Shown here piece after piece: positions 1-10,636 of a stretch of DNA of 64,000 bases. The DNA is from Paraspadella gotoi (taxonomy: Eukaryota > Animalia > Chaetognatha): contig CM119265.1 in assembly GCA_051294375.1 (NCBI GenBank), forward strand, positions 4,285,025-4,349,024. The letters run 5' to 3'. The position numbers were made by a program, and so were the translations under genes. The notes under the pieces are model-generated. The model was not told where the DNA came from, ran no database searches, and saw only the letters and a list, made by a program, of their open reading frames with translations. How positions within the stretch are numbered: the first letter of the stretch is position 1; each line of letters begins with the position of its first letter.

Positions 1-179
1 TGAAACGAAAGAGAAAGAAGAGGAGAAAATAAAGTTTGTTTCTTTACGGAAAAGAAAATTTAAGACCATAACATTAACAACAATGATATTAAAATCTCTC
101 TCTTAATAAGTTATTTTACTGTTTTATAATTTATTCTTTTTTTTAGTATCAAAATATGTCGTTAATCCAGATTTTTCTT

Positions 180-524
180 ATGCGATTGCGACGATCCTTG
201 TGCTTTTAAGATTTTTTTCCATTTAATCTCATTTTCACTCGGACGATTCCATCAAAACTTCAGATCCAGCTCAATCATACATTTCCCTACCCACACACAA
301 AATTTCATTCCAATCCATCAATCCAATCACGAGTAATTGGTGTTTTTTGCTAAGGTGGGACAGACGGACGGCCGTACAGACGTCGTTTTTTTTGCATAAT
401 TTATCATAATACGATATTCTGAAATGATATAAGTGAATGCCCGACAAGATTGAGGGGGCAGACCGACGGACCGACAGAGTGAATTATAGAGTCGGAATCT
501 GCTGAAAGCAGATCCGACTAAAAA
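180..524 (-). mobile_element. DINE-1/Helentron-like non-autonomous element, copy 1 (5' end intact, internally deleted)
   Basis: Terminal hairpin GTCGGAATCTGC-TGAAA-GCAGATCCGAC (491-518) next to an A/T run, short GGAC repeat, one unit of the family's internal repeat. Confidence 0.7.
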
Positions 525-587
525 CTGAATAAAAAATTTGGCAAATAAATGACTTAAAATTGAGTAATAAAATGAGACGAAGTAGTT

Positions 588-1106
588 AAAATTAAGAGAG
601 AGAGACAAAGCTTCCAAAAAAGATTTAGAACAGGACACTGGTTAGATGGTAAGCACATAAGTTTAAGGAGAGTGAATAAGAAATGAAAAATAGTCAATTC
701 CAGTGAAAGCATTTATATTACATTTAACAATGTAATAAGTGTAAGTGAAATTAATTTAATTTAACATTAAATTTATATCAAATTAAAATGAAAATCTAGT
801 AAAGATTTAAATATTTACAGTAAGAGAAATAAAGTGAAATTATTAGAATAATTTTGTGTTTTAAGCTCTTTCTTATTTTTTTTATAATTTCACTTTCTCT
901 TAATTTTATTTGATTACAATTTAATTTTAAAATTAAATTTATTTCACTTAAAAAACTTAATAACTGTTGCTTTCAAAGTTTAAAATTTAATATTTAATAA
1001 TTTAAAAAGTTAATATCATTATCTGTCCTCACCACATAAGAAGTGTCCTTTTCTAAATCTTTGTTGGAAGCTTTATGTGTCTCTCTATCTCCATCTCTCT
1101 AAATTA
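588..1106. repeat. Foldback/MITE-like long imperfect palindrome
   Basis: aagcttccaaaaaagatttagaacaggacact (about 608-639) is mirrored by agtgtccttttctaaatctttgttggaagctt (about 1042-1073). Inner arms (aagtgaaatt / atttcactt) also pair; centre near 865. Confidence 0.7.
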
Positions 1107-1550
1107 AACCTTTAATTTTTTGGGGGGAGGGACACATTTTAGAATATATTAAAATAATTAAAATTGGATAAAGAAAGCTTTTAGAAAATGACTTGCTATA
1201 CGAAAATCCACTAATAAGTTCGTATTTATCAACAAATTTTGTTAGTTTTTTTTCTACTTAGATTAAAATATTTTTTTAAAAATTTAATGCTTGATAAACG
1301 TTCCATGTTTTACTCAGAACAATAAGCATCTGCTCTGATCATGATCAGATCAGGCACAGTCACAAAGAATTCTTTACTCTAAATTATTTAAATTTAAAAT
1401 CCTGAACATTCAGCTGCATTTACTTATTTATTTCATCAAAAAAGGTAGCCTAAATAAAGTTGCAGTTACAAAGTGGAATTTATTTGGCATTAAAAATCAG
1501 AAATATAAACAGTTAAACATTAATTATGAATGATTTGATTACAAAATTAA

Positions 1551-2786
1551 TAAGTTTGAGCAAACAATGTCGGATCTGTCTACGAAAATTATATTAATTA
1601 ATTAATCGATTAAAATTAATTTACATTAATATAAATAATTTTAATGTAATGTGATAAGGTTGCAATATATACAGCTTATATCAGTCGATGGTCGTCTTAA
1701 ATACAAGTAAATGATGACTTATATTGTTTCAATTTAAACTCAGATTTCCACTCAACAATTCCGTCAAACTTTATATTAGGCTTCTTCACAAACTTTCCTT
1801 CACCGTCACATAAATTTCATCTCAATCTTATTAAGGGTTTAAAATACAGTGAAGAAAGAGTCAAGTTAAATGTGACTCATATTTTTTTCATTTAAACTCA
1901 TTTTCACTGTACGAAGTTATATTATCAATGCGTCGTACATACATTTCTTAACCTCACACCAACAATTTGCACACATCAATCGTATCTGCATCAAATTATT
2001 GATAATAGAGTATTTATTGGTTAAAAAAAAGTAAAAAGATTTCAGTAATGCAACTTATGTTTTTTCCATTTAAACTCAAATCCACTCAACGATTCCCGTC
2101 GAAACTTTATATCCAGCTTCATCATACATGTTTCCTACCCGTAACACAAAATTTCATTCCGATCCAACAGCCAGTCATCACGAGTTATTGGAGCTTTTTG
2201 CTAAGGTGGGACGGATGGACGGATTGATTGACTGATTAATTCATTACTGATTAATTAATTGACTAATTGATTAATTAACTAATTAATTATTTGATTTATT
2301 AATACATCCTGCATATCATTTAATAAAAAGGAAAAAAATCATAATCAATTAGTGAAACGGTTTTTTGTTTTTCCTTTTAAACTCATTGCCACTCAAACGA
2401 TTCCATCGAAACTTGGTTTCCTGTTCAATCACACACTTTCCTACTCACATACAAATTCCAGGTCAATCGCCCCATCCACTCATGAGCAATTGTGTGTTCA
2501 AATAGTGAATTATATTTTTTTGTTTTTTCCATTTAAACTCATTTCCACTTGGACGATTCCATCGAAACTTCATATACAGCTCAATCACACACTTCCCTAC
2601 CCACACACAAAAATTTCATTTAAATCATCATCCATATCACGAGAATTGGTGTTTTTTGCTAGGTGGGACGGACGGACGGACGGACGACGGACGGACGGAT
2701 GGATGGACGGACGGACAGACAGACAGTGACGGAGACATCGTTTTTTTTGCATAATTTATCATAATTCGATTCTGACATGATATAAA
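1551..2786 (-). mobile_element. DINE-1/Helentron-like element, copy 2 (3' end intact, 5' hairpin missing)
   Basis: GTTTGAGCAAAC mini-hairpin (1554-1565), subTIR GTCGGATCTG (1569-1578), about five diverged internal repeat units, (GGAC)n/(AGAC)n at about 2666-2725. Confidence 0.72.
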
Positions 2787-3054
2787 CTTAATTTACCCTG
2801 AACTCATTCTTAACCTTAGCTTAGCCCTAACTTATTTTTAACTCTAATTCACCCTTTTTCATAACTTATACATAATTTTAATTTATTCATAACCTTAATT
2901 TTTAATTTAATATTATAACAAAGACAATAACAAATATTTAAAACTTATGATATCTTAATTTTTTTTTTCTTCTCAAAAATTGTCCTTCTCTATTCTGTTT
3001 TGTTTTTTTTTTAACTAATTCATTAAAAAAATTTTGCGTTTTGTTTTCCCATAG

Positions 3055-3124
3055 ACCTCTGGAGCGTATTAAACTCCAGGAATGCCACGAAAACTAAGGC
3101 GTTATACTGGTTGAAAAATAGAGA
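3055..3124 (+). CDS. Possible innexin N-terminal exon (xLWSVLNSRNATKTKALYWLKNR)
   Basis: ttttcccatag acceptor, gtgagc donor, only one open frame. Phase is 1 nt off the next exon and there is no diagnostic motif. Confidence 0.4.
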
Positions 3125-3190
3125 GTGAGCATTAAACAATTATACATATATAACATGTACAAAATACATTTATAAATTCTACCGATCTAG

Positions 3191-3245
3191 CGAAATTGTT
3201 CAACGAAAACTCGAAGATTGACGATGTCTTCGACAGAGCGCACAG
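3191..3245 (+). CDS. inx: Innexin exon KLFNENSKIDDVFDRAHR
   Basis: ctag acceptor, gttcat donor; matches the innexin DDxxDRxx motif that precedes TM1. Confidence 0.7.
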
Positions 3246-3930
3246 GTTCATTTTTAAAATTAATAGAATATTAATCATTTTTATTTCTATCAAAAGGTTT
3301 ATAATTCGCCTACAAACCAATGTCAATGATATTTTTTTTTTTGGATTTTACTCAAATTTTAAAATTTTATAAGTTATCATTTTTTCCCCTGGGCCATACC
3401 TGACAATCTATCAAAGTCAAAGAAACTATATGTATTAGAACATTTTTTCTCTTTTGTTTTGAAAAAAATATTTGTTTATTTGCTTTTGTCAAGGGACAAA
3501 GTGGTAAAAGAGACACCTCTTTTACGAAACACTGCATCTCTCTCTCTTTCTCTCTCTCTCTCTTTCCTCTCCACTGTTTTGACAGGACATTCTCAGTAAG
3601 CGGAAGAGCAGAGTCCCAATGTCTCATGTTTTACCCGATCCACTTTATCGAGACTTATGTTGACATTTGACTCGCTTTTCCTCCGCCTCATTCTCTCCCC
3701 CNNNNNNNNNNNNNNNNNNNNNNNNNNNNNNNNNNNNNNNNNNNNNNNNNNNNNNNNNNNNNNNNNNNNNNNNNNNNNNNNNNNNNNNNNNNNNNNNNNN
3801 NNNNNNNNNNNNNNNNNNNNNNNNNNNNNNNNNNNNNNNNNNNNNNNNNNNNNNNNNNNNNNNNNNNNNNNNNNNNNNNNNNNNNNNNNNNNNNNNNNNN
3901 NNNNNNNNNNNNNNNNNNNNNNNNNNNNNN

Positions 3931-3983
3931 CCTCGTTTCCGCTCGCGCCGTCCTTTGGGCATCACTGCCTTGTTTTCGTTGGG
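3931..3983 (+). CDS. inx: 3' part of the innexin TM1/first-loop exon (LVSARAVLWASLPCFRW); 5' part lies in the gap 3702-3930
   Basis: A pyrimidine tract runs into the gap. The Cys aligns by spacing with innexin xVSxKQYVGxPIxCW. The donor is not canonical. Confidence 0.5.
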
Positions 3984-4543
3984 AATAAAGGGCGGCGGGA
4001 GAAAAAAAAGTTCAGTCTGTCTGTATTAATGTCAGTCTGTCTCTCTCTCTCTCTGTCCTCTCCCTCTCCCTCCCTCTCAATCTTTTAATTACATTAATAA
4101 CCTCTTAATTCTGCAATCTTTTTGATTTCTCTCTCTGTCTTTTAAAATAATAAGTAAATAAATATTCATATCGAAAATAAACTTAAACCCCATATGATTG
4201 AAACCCCCCCCTCACTGAGTCACGACAGATTGTCCACTCCTCTCCGAACTTGTTTTACCGTCGCCAAATGTCAACCATGACCAACGGAACGAACATCGGA
4301 ACAAATAAACTCTCGGCTTGTTTATTTTGTCCATTTGTTTCCTCGTATTTTTTTTATTTTTATGTAGTTGTCATGTTGTTTTTTCTCCATTTGTCAAGTT
4401 GTCATTCGCCGCCGCCTGTTTCTTTTCCGCGCGCGCCTGTCAAAAAAAAAACAAAAAAAAACCCTCGTCCATTTGTCTTTTTTCTATTTGACAGTTCGAT
4501 TGACCTTACCCTTACCTTACCCTCACCCTTTTTTCTCCTTCAG

Positions 4544-4672
4544 GCACGCCGAGCGACTACGCCAAGTCCTACTGTTGGGCGGCGTCAACTTACCAAGTCC
4601 TTCCCGATGCCGAAAACCCTTACAATCCATTTTGGCACTACCAGCAGACCGGGGATAACGGAGCCATGATAG
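4544..4672 (+). CDS. inx: Innexin extracellular loop 1 exon (GTPSDYAKSYCWAASTYQVLPDAENPYNPFWHYQQTGDNGAMI)
   Basis: Strong ttttctccttcag acceptor, gtgagg donor, 129 nt, phase 1-1, fully open; YCWxxSTY motif. Confidence 0.85.
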
Positions 4673-4760
4673 GTGAGGTTCCGGACTCGATGGTGTAGCT
4701 GTGTTCCATAAATAACTCTCAATGTTATAAGCGCAAATAAACAATTTTGCGCGATTTCAG

Positions 4761-5543
4761 GTTCTCGCAATGGAAGACACTAATGGGCACGATGATGTTC
4801 GTCTCTTACTACAAATGGGTCCCATGGTGCTTTGCCTTCAAGCCATACTCTTCTACTAATCTAGGAAAAAGTTAGACATTTTTTTTAAAAGTTCATTTAT
4901 TCAAGTAAAAAATATACAAAACATGGGTAAACATTCTCAATATTTTTGGTATACCTCTCCTCGGCATCGACACTGCCTGCATTCGTCTGGGCATGCTGCT
5001 CGTAAAGCTGACACACGCAAATGTTTTTGAATTTGTTGTATCGCCGTAAAAATTTGCAATGGTGGAAACGAGGGATTCAAGTCTATTGCTGAATGAATTG
5101 TTGCGTCTTTCCCTCTTTTCTCAGAGCTACAATTGCACTTTATGAACGCAAAGAGAGGGGCTGTCTATTCGACATAACCAAATTTAAAAAAATGAAAAAA
5201 ATAACTAACTCAATTTGAAAATAAAAACAAATAACTCAATACCAGAATTGTGGAAACTAGAAGGCGATTTTTTTCCGCCATTTTTCAGCTTGAGGTAGCA
5301 TCCTATTTTGCCTCTAACTTCTATACGATTGGATCTACGAAAAAAATGGAAGGAAGCAACTGAAAGGAAATTTAGTGTAGAATCTGAAACAATCCGTTTT
5401 TAAAAATCAGCAAGTTTTCGGAGTAATATCCTCAAATTAAAGAATGTTTCTAACTTTTTTCCTAGATAGTACAATTTACCTTACCTCTTTGAGGAACATA
5501 AGCAAAGTCTCGCGGGCTTCACTTACCCGCTGCTGCTTAAAAG
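4761..5543 (+). CDS. inx: Innexin TM2 exon split by Tc1 (4761-4855 and 5472-5543)
   Basis: FVSYYKWVP/MVLCLQAILFY before the element and LPYLF..NISKVS.LHLPA after it; tttcag acceptor, gtttag donor; frameshifted. Confidence 0.8.
4856..5469 (-). mobile_element. Internally deleted Tc1/mariner DNA transposon
   Basis: TIRs CTA(A)TCTAGGAAAAAGTTAGA..CATT at both ends, TA at 4854-4855 and 5470-5471. The minus strand retains a Tc1 transposase C-terminus (SSMPRRMQAV..YTK, about 4937-5000) and an HTH-like fragment (STIANF.RRYNKFK, about 5025-5080). Confidence 0.88.
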
Positions 5544-5749
5544 GTTTAGCAAAAATCAGAATTTAAATTTTGACAATTGACTATGATGTTAACATTTGGT
5601 TATTTGTAACAAAATTTATTAAATCAGTTTGTAGTACATTGTACTTACATGCGATATGATGATATAATTGTTTGTTAAATAAAACACATGAATAGCTAAA
5701 TGTAATAATATTTTGTACATATTGATAAATATTTATTTTATCGCTCTAG

Positions 5750-5908
5750 TCTGTCGAGAGACTTGTCTTTCGAGCAGAATAACGGACATGCTCGTCGATT
5801 TTATCTGACCGACGTCGCGATCTCTTTCACGGATTTTCTCTCAAAGCACGAATAAACGATGGTCTTTTGTTCCACGGGTTCCAGTCCTCCGTGCTCTGGT
5901 TCGCCGAG
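5750..5908 (+). CDS. inx: Probable innexin cytoplasmic-loop exon (SLSRDLSFEQNNGHARRFYLTDVAISFTDFLSKHE*...)
   Basis: GC-richer 159-nt block, ctag acceptor, gtgtat donor, phase 2-2 matching its neighbours; one in-frame TAA at 5853-5855. Confidence 0.6.
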
Positions 5909-6124
5909 GTGTATATTTGAATTATTTCAATTAATTAATTTATTATTTATTTAAAAACATTTTAATTTAACCAAATTTACGATTTAATTCAACAGATAAA
6001 CATAACATTTTTTTATTAAATGGTTGTACCAATTTCATAACTTAACCATAACATCGAACATAACTATATTTAATATTTTCTTTTAAACAGTAAAGAAATA
6101 GCGAAGGCAACCTGCCATACATAT

Positions 6125-6901
6125 AAGGCTAGTGAAGTCTAACATACAAAAATTCTAAAAGTCAATATGAAGAATTACTGATCAGTGAATATTAATTTGT
6201 AAAAAAAATAATTTTATGTTTTTTAATTTCCGCCAGTAAGCCTATATTTATATATAGTAGATCCTTATCATTCGATCTTTCTTTTTGTTGTTTTGTGTGT
6301 TTAAGGAGTATAAACGAAAAATTCGTTTTTGAACAACAAATTTGTTTAAACAGTTTCTAAGGACATGTTTCGACTCTATGTTTCGAGTCAAAAACGAATT
6401 TTTCGTTACACTCCTTCGTACTATCCTATAAAATAGAAAAAATTAAAAATAGGCTTTTCTTAATTTTTGATTGAAGATTTGAATTCCTCAGTCAAAAGTA
6501 ATAAAAAAATATAAATCATTTTTCAAATTCTTATGCATTTTAAGTGGGTTAAAAATTAAAAAAACTATATTAATATATAACAATAATTTTTAGCTTAAAA
6601 TATAGCTTTTTTCTAATCTTTTGATCCACTTATGAAGGAATTTTTCAAAAAGAGTTCTATTTCTCTTTTATAAACTTTTTATGACGAATCCAAATCTGCA
6701 AAAAATCTTTAAAAAAAACTGTTTCGAAATTTTTAACATTTATTGGTTTAGTAACTAAGTATAAATAATGGCCCTACTGCGTAAATTGTAAAATTTTTTT
6801 AATTTTTTTATTACATAAATGTTCATTAATATAATTTGTTTTTGTTCTTCACTTTTAGAATTTTAATTAAAGTTAAATTTAGAAATTTTACTAACGCCTT
6901 A
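6125..6901. mobile_element. MITE (hAT-like), copy 1
   Basis: Ends TAAGGCTAGT...ACTAACGCCTTA; collinear with the reverse complement of 10637-11272 apart from an extra insert at about 6260-6417. Confidence 0.75.
6303..6416. repeat. About 30-bp inverted repeat pair enclosing a hammerhead-like fragment
   Basis: aaggagtataaacgaaaaattcgtttttga (6303-6332) versus tcaaaaacgaatttttcgttacactcctt (6388-6416). Confidence 0.8.
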
Positions 6902-7700
6902 AACTGCAATATATTTCTGGTCGTTCACTTTCTCGCTTCTTTCACTCTATTCTTTCTCGTTTACCACGCCGCTCCCTCCCCCCAAAACGCCATATTTAAA
7001 TAATCTCCCGCGAACGAGGTATTTTTACGTTTCTCTCGCCACGCCCACTTCCGGGTTGATCACTTAACCTATAAAGAGAATATATTATGGCAAAGGAAAG
7101 AGACGTCGGAAGGAAGCGTCCTTAAGCGTCGGGCCGTGAGGCCTTGACTCGCGCGGAGCCCCGACTCGAAAGCCGGCTCGGTGCCGCCTCGAAGCCGGCG
7201 CAGCACCGACATAAATCCGGGCCGGCGGCGCCTTTAACCGACGTAATTCTGAATATCATATTCGAAAGAAAATGGAAGAGAGAAAATTCCTAGTACGATA
7301 TGTTCTCAAGTTTGAGGGTCAAAGGTGAAACTTAAGAAGAAGAAACTTAGTATTAAGACGGAGACGAACGAAATTATGATACTTTTTTAATTTTTGTTAA
7401 TTAACATGGATATTTTTAGATGCCCTCTTCGAGATAAAGATTTTACGTGTGGAAACAGAAACTAATAATATGTATTCAGTACTACACATGAATAAATAAT
7501 GTACTTACGTACGTCTTAAAAAATGGGGTAGACATCTTTGCTGAATGGAAATAATTATTTCCTTTTTTTTTCTTTTTCAATGCCACCCAAACAAATGGTT
7601 TACGCATGGAAAGGATATTTTACTATTTATTATTAGGAGACTCTTTACCCGAAATCTTGAGGATTATTGGGAAAGTGAGGTAATGAGAATTGTGGTTGGT

Positions 7701-9100
7701 TGCATATCAGCGAAAGAGTTGACAGACAGAAACGGAAATTTCGTCAGTCACGAAAAGGAAAAACAAGAATAGATGAACTAACTTAACATAAAAAGGCAAG
7801 AAACAAAAAAAATAAGTTGAGAGAATAATTTTAAAAAATATGTAAAGCAAGTATGGAATGCCTGAAGACTAAACTTTAATAAAGGGCGTGAGAAGAAAAA
7901 ATATTAAATAGAAGCGAACAGAATAATTTTTCGCGATTCCCAATTTGCTTTGCAAATTTTCCGATGGATGGTGAAAACGATTACCGCTCCCTTCTCTTTT
8001 TTTTAAGAAGAGAAGTAGGAAAAATAAAATAGGATTTGCATCGAAAAAGACCGCAAATTTAAAAAAACAAATATTTTTTTCTCGCTCTCTCTCTCTGTTA
8101 CACGGTTTACTTTCGATTCATAATTTATTGTGGGTAGGAGAAGAAAATTAAAAGAATAAAAAAAAACAATAAAAAACATTGATTATAATAATATTTATTA
8201 TTTATTGTATCAATTTTATTATATTTTTTTAAAAACTTCAGTTGTTTCCGCAATTAACGCCCCTTTTTTCGTGAGCCGCTGACCACACGAGTCGTCGGCG
8301 CCGTTAGTGACCCCTGAGAGGCCCTACCTTTTTTTAGACTTCTATAGTCTATACTTTTATTCAAGGATGAAAAAATAAATACGTTNNNNNNNNNNNNNNN
8401 NNNNNNNNNNGGCGGTGTCATATGCAGCGAAAGAGTTGGACCAGACAGAAACGGAAATTTCGTCAGTCACGAAAGGAAAAAAGACAAGAATAGATGAACT
8501 AACTTAACATAAAAAGCAAGAGACAAAAAAATAAGTTGAGAGAATAATTTAAAAAATTGTAAAGACAAGTAGATGGAATGCCTGAAGACTAAACTTTAAT
8601 AAGGCGTGAGAGAAGAAAAAATATTAAAAGAAGCGAACGGAATAATTTTCGCGATTCCAATCTTGCTTTGCAAATTTTCCGATGGATGGTGAAAACGATT
8701 ACCGCTCCCTTTCTTTTTTTTAAGAAGAGAAGAGAAAAATAAAATAGGATTTGCATCGAAAAAGACCGCAAATTTAAAAAAACAATATTTTTTTCTCGCT
8801 CTCTCTCTCTGTTACAGGTTTACGTTTCGATTCATAATTTATTGTGGGTTAGGAGAAGGAATTAAAAGAATAAAAAAAAACAATAAAAAAAATCGATTAT
8901 AATAATATTTATATTTATTGTATCAATTGTTATTATATTTTTTTAAAAACTTCAGTTGTTTCCGCCAATTAACCCCCTTTTTTCGTGAGCCGCTGACCAC
9001 ACGAGTCGTCGGCGCCGTTGAGTGGACCCCTGAGAGGCCCTACTCTTTTTTTAGACTTCTATAGTCTATACTTTTATTCAAGGATGAAAAAATAATCGTT
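7701..9100 (+). repeat. About 0.7-kb direct duplication (7701-8385 and 8411-9100) around a 25-N gap; probable assembly artefact
   Basis: The copies differ mainly by single-base indels and abut the gap 8386-8410. Confidence 0.85.
8956..9082 (+). CDS. inx: Probable innexin exon leading into TM3 (CFRQLTPFFREPLTTRVVGAV...Y...SLYF.FK); duplicate copy at 8242-8365
   Basis: ttcag acceptor, phase 2. The 3' end resembles innexin YLxxLYxxxK, with frameshifts. Confidence 0.5.
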
Positions 9101-9106
9101 TGACAG

Positions 9107-9214
9107 GTTAACTTAGAAGGACCAACGTGGGCTTCCAACTGGGCTGCCTTCATCAATTCCTCCAAACGTCCATCGTCACCCACGGAGTCGATCTTTTCAA
9201 CGAATTTATCTTTA
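9107..9214 (+). CDS. inx: Innexin TM3 exon (TNVGFQLGCLHQFLQTSIVTHGVDLFNEFIF)
   Basis: tttgacag acceptor, gtgagt donor; NVxxQLxxLxxFLxxxxxxxG pattern; phase 1 joins the next exon in frame. Confidence 0.8.
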
Positions 9215-9581
9215 GTGAGTCGCTGATTCGTGATATATAAAATAAAGGAAATTTTATAAGAAAAATTAAAAAATGTAACTTCTTGGAACCTCATTCTATA
9301 ATAACATTTAAAAAAGTAAAAAAAGTTTCAAACTTCCTTAGGCTCTCACATTCTACGAAATCTGTACACAGTGACAAGATTTAAAGATTTAAAAAAGTTA
9401 AGAAAAAAATGAATTAAATTTTTTGTTCATTCAAGGATCTCGTTTTGACTATTTCGCGAGGGAGTTGTTTTTTTTTAAGCTAAATATAATTAACATAAAA
9501 GAAAAGAAAGTGTTAATCTTCCGAAGATTGAACTCACCCAACGTCACCAAGCGGTTTCATTGTACTTACTCCATTGTCCAG

Positions 9582-9725
9582 ATCTCCAGTGGTCCTCCTC
9601 CATTCGATTCCTCATCCGCACCATCTGCGAGTACAAATAATTTCCCCAGATGAACAACTACCTCGTCCACCACACCACCCACTGCGTTCTGCCAATAAAT
9701 CTCTACAATGACAAAATCTACGGAG
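9582..9725 (+). CDS. inx: Innexin extracellular loop 2 exon (NLQWSSSIRFLIRTICEYK*FPQMNNYLVHHTTHCVLPINLYNDKIYG)
   Basis: gtccag acceptor, gtcagt donor; both loop-2 cysteines and the CVLPINxxNxKIY signature; TAA at 9638-9640. Confidence 0.9.
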
Positions 9726-9963
9726 GTCAGTTTATTTGAGTAAAAACAAGTTTGAGCAAACAATGTCGGATCTGCCAACGATAATTAATTAATTAATTAA
9801 TCGATTAATTAATTAATTAATTTTAATATTTAATAATTAATTATAAATTTATATTCAGCTTATCATCATCTATGTCCTTAAAATTGGGTCAGGACAGTTA
9901 TTAAATATGTTTTGTTTACATTTTATCAAAACAAACAAATATCCTCTATTTTATTTTATGTCT

Positions 9964-9966
<3 letters not shown>

Positions 9967-10002
<36 letters not shown>
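9967..10002. repeat. (CT)n microsatellite
   Basis: Directly visible; similar (GA/CT)n runs occur at about 3536, 15254, 16567, 47924, 58410 and 59968. Confidence 0.95.
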
Positions 10003-10007
<5 letters not shown>

Positions 10008-10636
10008 ATGCCATTGCGACGATTGCTTTTAAGATTTTTTTAACTTGCATCATTTTTTCTGCTTGCATAATTTTTTTAAAATGCATCATTTTTTCATATT
10101 AATTAATTAATTAAAACTTTTATTAGTAATCATTAATAATAAAGATTCAAGTAAATATGACTTATGTTTTTCCATTTAAACTCATTTCCACTTGCACAAT
10201 TCCGTCAAAATTTTATAACTGGCTTCTTCTCACACTTTCCTACCGGCTCACAAAATTTCGTCTCAATCTATCATGGGTTAAAATAAATAAAAAGATTCAA
10301 GTAAATGTGACTCATATTTTTTTCATTTAAACTCATTTCCACTCGTACGTTTCCACCCAAACTTTATATCAAGCTTCGTCACACATTTTCCTTCATCTTA
10401 CGATCCCATCGAAAATTTAATCCAGCTTTATCACACTCTTTCCTACCCATACACAAAATTTCATTCCAATTCAACCAGCCATTCATCAGTTATTATTGAG
10501 CTTTTTTGCTATAGGTGGGACGGAAATGGACGGATTGATTGATTAATTGACTAATTGATTAATTAACTGATTAAATTATTTGATTTATTAATACATCGTC
10601 AATATTTAATATAAAAGGAAAAAAAAGCATAATCAA

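Noticed and set aside
1334-1349. 16-bp perfect palindrome TCTGATCATGATCAGA
   Set aside because: Isolated, with no associated feature.
1720-2640. Regularly recurring repeats suggestive of a CRISPR array
   Set aside because: Units are long, diverged and homologous throughout, with no unique spacers; the context is eukaryotic and there are no cas genes.
2800-2855. Degenerate TAACCT/CCCTAA telomere-like words
   Set aside because: Too short and irregular to call an interstitial telomere.
4673-4741. Read-through of the 4544 exon to TAG at 4696 with AATAAA at 4736, as a terminal exon
   Set aside because: Innexin homology resumes in the exon at 4761, so 4673-4760 is better read as an intron.
7065-7071. 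TAACCTA as a possible telomerase RNA template upstream of the structured island
   Set aside because: A 7-nt match is expected by chance, and the host telomere repeat is unknown.
7172-7210. GGCACCGAG/GTCGGTGC words resembling the Cas9 tracrRNA terminal hairpin
   Set aside because: Short GC-rich coincidence; order and flanks do not match the scaffold.
9040-9778. Minus-strand ORFs 9040-9294 and 9566-9778, the latter with an apparent GTAAGT donor
   Set aside because: They overlap plus-strand exons that carry clear innexin motifs; antisense shadows.
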